This document shows positions 58,620 to 64,000 of a stretch of DNA of 64,000 nucleotides, piece by piece. This DNA comes from Chrysomallon squamiferum. Its lineage: Eukaryota > Animalia > Mollusca. The notes under the pieces were generated by a model. The model was not told where the DNA came from. It made no database searches and saw nothing but the letters and a program-made list of their open reading frames with translations. The translations under genes were made by a program, and so were the position numbers. The DNA is taken from positions 7,192,001-7,256,000 of the forward strand of contig CM022670.1 of the NCBI GenBank assembly GCA_012295275.1, written 5' to 3'. Numbering within the stretch: position 1 is the stretch's first letter; each line of letters opens with the position of its first letter.

Positions 58620-58946
58620 CAGAGCAAGTCGGACTCTGGCGGTCGGCAATATTTTTAAAATATCTTTTCTCCTGAATATAAAAAAAAAAAAAAAAAAAAA
58701 TTTTTTCAATAATTGTTTTGAACAGCTGTGTTATGAAAGAGCACTAAAATTTACCCAACATGCAATACACAGGCTCTTGTATTTAAATTTTAATGCTTAA
58801 TTTTTGTTGTTACAAGTATGAGTTATATTTTAAAGCACAGTAACAAAACTAGAGTATTACTAAAAGAGAGATTAAAATAACGTCTACACAGACTGAATTA
58901 TTGTAGAGATTATCTACCTTGTTATATGGTAACCGTACGAAGCGAA

Positions 58947-59053
58947 ATGGCGGAAGTTCCAAAGACAAAAATCAAAGAAAAATGTTGCCAGAGTTGTGGA
59001 CAGAGCAATAGGTTTATGAAGCGATGTATCCAGTGTCACCAAGCAATATACTG
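58947..59053 (+). CDS. MYND-type zinc-finger gene, exon 1
   Basis: gaaATGGCGG start; MAEVPKTKIKEKCCQSCGQSNRFMKRCIQCHQAIY+TG |GT. CxxC...CxxC...Y is the first half of a zf-MYND domain. Confidence 0.85.
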
Positions 59054-59537
59054 GTAGCTATAAAAATGTAATATGAATGTAACAATTTGTTACAGGTACA
59101 ATTTCTGGTAGCATTTAAATTTATTCCTAGTGAATCTAAAATAATAAATTTCAGTCATTGAAAACAAATAATAATAAAAATTAAAATTAAAAATTAAAAA
59201 TTAAACATTATAATAAAAATAAATAAATAAAACTAAACTAACCTAAAATAATAATAAGACAAAATTAATGAAAGAAAATATAATAAAATAAATGAAACCA
59301 AAAATATAACATAAACAATAATTAGATTTAATTTTGTTTATCCTTTAAAAAAGAACAACAAAAACCAAAACAGCAGCAAAAAAATTATCTGAAACTAAAA
59401 TAAATATATATTAATAATTACTTTTTTTTTTTTTTTTTTTTTTTCATATGTACATTATTTGGGCATACCCTGTGAAATTACTGCCTCCAGGGTTTTTAAA
59501 ATACTACATTAATACATCCATATCTGTCTGTTTGCAG

Positions 59538-59679
59538 TTCTCGTGAATGTCAGCTGAAGGACTGGCCAGCACACAAAACTTTATGTTTAAAACCTTTGTT
59601 ATCTAATGATAGCAAGACTGAAGAATGCAAGAAAAAACATTTGAGAGATTCAAAGTCCATATTTGATGATGAATATTGA
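59538..59679 (+). CDS. MYND-type zinc-finger gene, exon 2 (frame ends at TGA 59677-59679)
   Basis: tctgtttgcag| (C)SRECQLKDWPAHKTLC completes the MYND consensus YCSxxCQxxxWxxHKxxC, followed by LKPLLSNDSKTEECKKKHLRDSKSIFDDEY*. Product is 82 aa in total. Confidence 0.85.
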
Positions 59680-60169
59680 AGAAAATATTGCAAATCCCGA
59701 GAAACAGGAAGAAATAAAAGTTGCAAAAGTGGGAGAGGAATCTGAAGAAAAGCCATATTATCTACACAACAATGATTTTCACTATGACATTCCAAAGTTC
59801 AGTCCTCAGTCTGACTGTTTCGACATCAATGTCAAAGCCAATAAGGAAAAATACATAATTAAATTACAGAACTGCTGGTCAGGGGATGAAATTTTTAAAA
59901 TGTTGGCACATACAATAAATATTCCACTGGAGAAATTAAAAATAATCCATAAAGGAAAAGTGATGACAAAAGACAACATTGCTGAGTTTGTGAAAGCTAA
60001 AGCAGTGTTTCAAGTAATTGGGGAACAAGCTGCCAATGAGGATGGACTGGACAAGTGTGATATATCTGTGATGATGAAACAGTTGGGGATTGACAGAAAT
60101 ACAGCTGTAAATAGCTTAAGAAAAAATGGAAATCTTGTGGATGCCATTATTGAAGTTGGCAATAAATAA
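59666..60169 (+). CDS. Ubiquitin-like domain plus C-terminal NAC-alpha/HYPK-type UBA domain ORF (+1 frame relative to the MYND ORF)
   Basis: Non-repetitive 167-aa ORF from ATG 59666. 'FDINVKANKEKY...IPLEKLKIIHKGK...FQVIG' is UBL-like. 'GLDKCDISVMMKQLGIDRNTAVNSLRKNGNLVDAIIEV' resembles the NAC-alpha/HYPK UBA. AATAAA lies at the stop. Domains recognised by eye. Confidence 0.8.
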   Translation: MMNIEENIANPEKQEEIKVAKVGEESEEKPYYLHNNDFHYDIPKFSPQSDCFDINVKANKEKYIIKLQNCWSGDEIFKMLAHTINIPLEKLKIIHKGKVMTKDNIAEFVKAKAVFQVIGEQAANEDGLDKCDISVMMKQLGIDRNTAVNSLRKNGNLVDAIIEVGNK

Positions 60170-60183
60170 AATTTAATTTTTAA

Positions 60184-60219
<36 letters not shown>

Positions 60220-61657
60220 GAAAATAAAAGAGTGAAAGAAGGAAAATCTTTTACAAAGAAATATAAATACTTAAACAAAACCAGTACAGAGAAAAATAAG
60301 AACAATTAAAAAGAAACTGAATGTTTATTTCTGTATGTTCTTGAAACTTTCTAAAGATCATTAATTATGTATTTTATTTATTAATTTATATTGTAAATAA
60401 TTGAAATATTTTAGAAAGATTTGTTTATTTTCTATATAGATGTGTTTATTTAGTAACTTTTACTTCTTTTTTATTTTTATTTTTTTTATAATGAAAAATA
60501 AATTCTGTACATTTTCAACATTTTAACAGTGAAACCAGATTATGCTTGACATTTTACTTCCATTTTGTGTTTTAATTTTTTATTGTTAAATTAAAGTTTG
60601 TTATCAGTAAAAATTATTGTTATTTAGTTTTAATTTAGAATTCAAGTATGCTAAAGTGTATCGGTAATTATTATTTTATTTTCCCTCTTAAATCAGAAGC
60701 TGTCAGGAAATATTTACACTTACAGGCAAAAAATATTAGCATGCACACTAGTTGTTGACATCAAGAACGATAACTAAGCTTCATTATTTTATTTTTTTAA
60801 ACTAATTTTCCAGAATATGTAAAAGATTAAAATTAATAAAAGCAAGCAACTACATTTTTTTAAAATTTATTTATTTCGGTTTTTTTTTATTTTCCTCTCT
60901 TCATGAGATTTTTACATTAAACTAAATGAGAGAAACAGTTTAATGTCGAAATCAATAGTTATAATTAATAGACTGGTATTCCGATGCTGTTTAAAGCAAT
61001 GTTGATAGTGATTACATTAAAGCGTATGATTCGAGGAAAAGCAATGGTGTTTTACTTTGACGATCGGCTGTCAGAACCAGCAAAGTGGAAAATATTTGCA
61101 TCATGTAAATACTAATTATTGTGATGACAGCACAAAATTCGGTATTTTTATTTCAGTTTCGATCCAATAAAATTCTTCATTAAATTTGCAGATTTAAAAC
61201 TAAACTGAAAACTGTAAAAATTTGTAATTACATACCATTTTGTACGGAAGTGAGATTTCATATCAAATTGCAAACATAATTATAATAATAATAATTATTA
61301 AAGAAATATAATATACTTTCATTCGTATTTGTTTATTAATTTTAATTAGAATGATGGTTAGCATATATATACATACATATATATATACATACATACATAC
61401 ATATTTTTATGATATAAAATTGAATTTTTAATCAGATAAGTTATTGCAGAACAAAATACATGTAATGATATGTATATTTTAAAGGGAAAGAGTGAGACTC
61501 AGAGAAAGAGAGCGAAAGCAAATCCAAACAAAACAAACCCAGGCCACTGACGATAAAATTGTTAAAAATTTCAAAAGAATTTTAAATTGTTTATTTTTAT
61601 TTTTCAAATTTTAATTTCAGAAAATGACTGAGAGATGTCACAGCTAATGTTTTCACA

Positions 61658-61879
61658 ATGGAACTGAAAGTGAAGCTGTCAGTTGGTGTTGGGCTTATTT
61701 CCTTGCTCTACTACTGGGGCTATCTGTGGATGTTCATCTATATTTCTGCCCATGTGTTTGTTGTTGCAATCACATTCACACTGGTTATTCAGTGGAATTT
61801 AGTCAGAGGAAAGCCACACAAACCATCAGTCCCAAGCAAACTGCCAAATGAAGCAGGCATTCTCTTTCAGAAGATGATG
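61658..61879 (+). CDS. SNX25: PXA-domain sorting nexin (SNX25-like), first coding exon with N-terminal hydrophobic helices
   Basis: Acceptor tttcag| at 61620 and acaATGG start. MELKVKLSVGVGLISLLYYWGYLWMFIYISAHVFVVAITFTLVIQW... has two TM-like stretches typical of PXA-type SNXs. Ends QKMM|GTTAAA (phase 0). Confidence 0.78.
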
Positions 61880-62117
61880 GTTAAAAATATAATATTTACT
61901 TCATGTTGTTCATACTGTTTACATTTTATATGTCTTTCGTTTAAAAAATTTTTTTTTTTAGTTTTTATTAATGTTAGAAACCAGACTTTAATAGGTTTTA
62001 TTTATTATTTTGTTATAATTATTTCTAAACTTAACAAAAAATATTATTTTTATTATTATTTTTATTATTATTATTATTATTCTTATTATTATCGTTGTTA
62101 TTATTTTAAATCTGAAG

Positions 62118-62278
62118 GAAAAACAGACGGGCCCTGTTGAGCCTTCTAGAAAGGTTGTCATTACACGCAACCTTGACAATGCCATACAGGAAGTGGTTGA
62201 TCTTGTTATTAGAGACTTCATTGTGAGTTGGTACCAGGATCTTGGAGAAGACAGACATGCTCTTGTCACCTCAGTACA
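62118..62278 (+). CDS. SNX25: SNX25-like coding exon 2 (start of PXA domain)
   Basis: EKQTGPVEPSRKVVITRNLDNAIQEVVDLVIRDFIVSWYQDLGEDRHALVTSV; 'RDFIVSWY' is the PXA signature. Donor CA|GTAAGT. The acceptor could instead be the in-frame CAG ending at 62126. Confidence 0.88.
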
Positions 62279-62633
62279 GTAAGTTTTTCAGTGTATTATA
62301 TAACAGCTGATCAAAAGTAATATTAATTATAAACTGATATTTAGAGCATTGGCCTGGAGATTGCAGGATAGCATTGCATCAGTCTCTCGTTACTATTTTT
62401 TTCTTTTTTTTTTTGGAATTATAGGCAATGGTAATTTAGAAAAGACTTGTATTTGTTCTTACCACTAAATGCATAAGCTAATTATGTAACAGAAAAGGCT
62501 AACCTTGTCATTATAGAAATTCATATATTATGTGATCATAATTTTGTTCCTAAATAATTTTTTATCTAAATACTATACCTTTTATTCCCACATCATATTT
62601 CTTAATTTTTTTTTTCCTGTTTATCTTACAAAG

Positions 62634-62765
62634 GTCTGAGATTTGGCAGACTGTAGCAGAACTCAGTAACAGACTTTCAAAGATTGACTTTGTGAAGGTC
62701 ATTGCTCAAGATGTAGTGGACAGACTTCATAATCACTATCGAGATATCCGTCTTGCCAATAAAAA
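62634..62765 (+). CDS. SNX25: SNX25-like coding exon 3 (PXA)
   Basis: (Q)SEIWQTVAELSNRLSKIDFVKVIAQDVVDRLHNHYRDIRLANK. Pyrimidine tract plus AAG acceptor, AA|GTAAT donor, phases 2/2. Confidence 0.88.
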
Positions 62766-63088
62766 GTAATTTTTTTTTTTTTATCTGCATTCATATTCAT
62801 TAATATAGTTCTTTCTCAACAAAAAATAATTTCATTAAACAATTTATATTTCTCATGCCCAAAAGCTGTTTTGTAAGATAATGAAATTGTTTTTTTTTTT
62901 GATAATTAAATAAAATTCAGATAAATTTGTGGCCATTTTAATTGCCTGAGCTGTGGATTGAGTTAAGCTTTTATAATTTCCTTCAGTGATTAGTGAAACA
63001 GTAAAATGTGATAGATAATAATAAATTAAATTTTGACTGTGTAAGTTAAATTTGTGGTTATGGTTATAAATTGTTTTGTTCTGTTTAG

Positions 63089-63270
63089 AAATGCTGAAAA
63101 CTCGGAAAATGTTCCAAAGTTTGTTCTGCATTCCTGGCTGAAGGATGAGAAATCTGAGACAGTTTTTTTACAGACTGTGTGTGAAACTCTCCTTCTGACA
63201 CTTCTGCCTGTTTCCTATCAGCAGTGTGCCACTGTCAGGCATCTGCTACGAGATATAATTACTTCAACAG
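63089..63270 (+). CDS. SNX25: SNX25-like coding exon 4 (PXA)
   Basis: ctgtttag| (K)NAENSENVPKFVLHSWLKDEKSETVFLQTVCETLLLTLLPVSYQQCATVRHLLRDIITST+G |GTAAAA. The LH..L....E..FLQ motif is as in SNX25. Confidence 0.9.
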
Positions 63271-63936
63271 GTAAAACATATATATATATATATATACTTT
63301 CTTATGTTATTTACATATTTTTTAATTACCTCAACAGGTATATTTACTTACATTATTTTTAATTTCAACAGGTATATATGAAATAATTATCATCAACAGG
63401 TAAACATATATATATCCTTTCTTATGTTATTTACTTATTTTTTAATTACTTCAACTCTCTTACCTTATTTACATATGTAATAATTACTTTAGTAGGTAAC
63501 ATATATAAAATTTTATTTTCTCTTACATTATTTACATTTAACATAACACACATATACTTTCTCTCTTACATTATCTTCACATTTAATAGTTATTTGAATT
63601 CAATGATTTTTTCTTCAATTTTATAAAATTAAATACTGTATTGCTTTTATTTTTAAGATGGGATTCAAGCTATAACTGTAAAATTTCTGAAATTAACTTT
63701 GTTATCTCATTTGAAGTTTAAGCTATTGTTCTGTTGGAGCACACAGAAACTTGTTAATAAATCTCATGCAGTTCATTATTAACAAAAACTATATATTACT
63801 GAAAGCTTTTTTTCTCTCTCTTATATATCATTATTTTACAAAAACCTTTCTGTTTGATAACAGCAGACTATTAGTTGTGGCATAATTTGAGATGTTTCTT
63901 GAATATTCATTCATTCATTTGTTTGTTGTTCTGCAG

Positions 63937-64000
63937 TTCTGAAGCCAGCTATTGACTTGTTGTGTGACCCAGACTACCTGAACCAGAAACTACTCAACTA
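63937..64000 (+). CDS. SNX25: SNX25-like coding exon 5 (end of PXA; truncated by the window edge)
   Basis: ttctgcag| (V)LKPAIDLLCDPDYLNQKLLN. Matches the PXA C-terminal motif VLKP...L..PDY.NQ.LL. Confidence 0.9.

Noticed and set aside
59677-59679. TGA as selenocysteine or readthrough in the MYND ORF
   Set aside because: Readthrough adds only about 21 residues before the next TGA and does not reach the UBL-UBA frame. No SECIS is apparent in the AT-rich 3' region.
59655-59707. 53-nt GT..AG micro-intron joining MYND to UBL-UBA
   Set aside because: Poor donor, no pyrimidine tract, and the phases (2 versus 0) do not restore the frame.

Overview
Very AT-rich, microsatellite-dense eukaryotic DNA. 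It is probably from a mollusc (gastropod-like SINE relics; this is an inference). Positions 1-55353 are the 5' part of a large minus-strand LMO7/LIMCH1-family gene: four short coding exons encoding the N-terminal calponin-homology (CH) domain, separated by introns of about 11.3 kb, 0.43 kb and 33.5 kb. The gene continues left of the window. To its right is a compact, CpG-richer block with two identical tRNA-Phe(GAA) genes and a two-exon zf-MYND gene. The second exon of that gene stops and continues in the +1 frame as a ubiquitin-like plus NAC/HYPK-type UBA ORF. The window ends with the first five coding exons of a PXA-domain sorting nexin (SNX25-like). The introns carry several minisatellites, decayed tRNA-derived SINE copies, an intact hAT-type MITE with an 8-bp target-site duplication (TSD), and a 58-bp inverted repeat. 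Most ORFs in the supplied track are simple-repeat artefacts. Best leads: the split MYND / UBL-UBA reading frame, the conserved structured 3' trailer of both tRNA genes, a candidate recursive splice site in the 33.5-kb intron, and dense CAGGT[AG] motif clusters.
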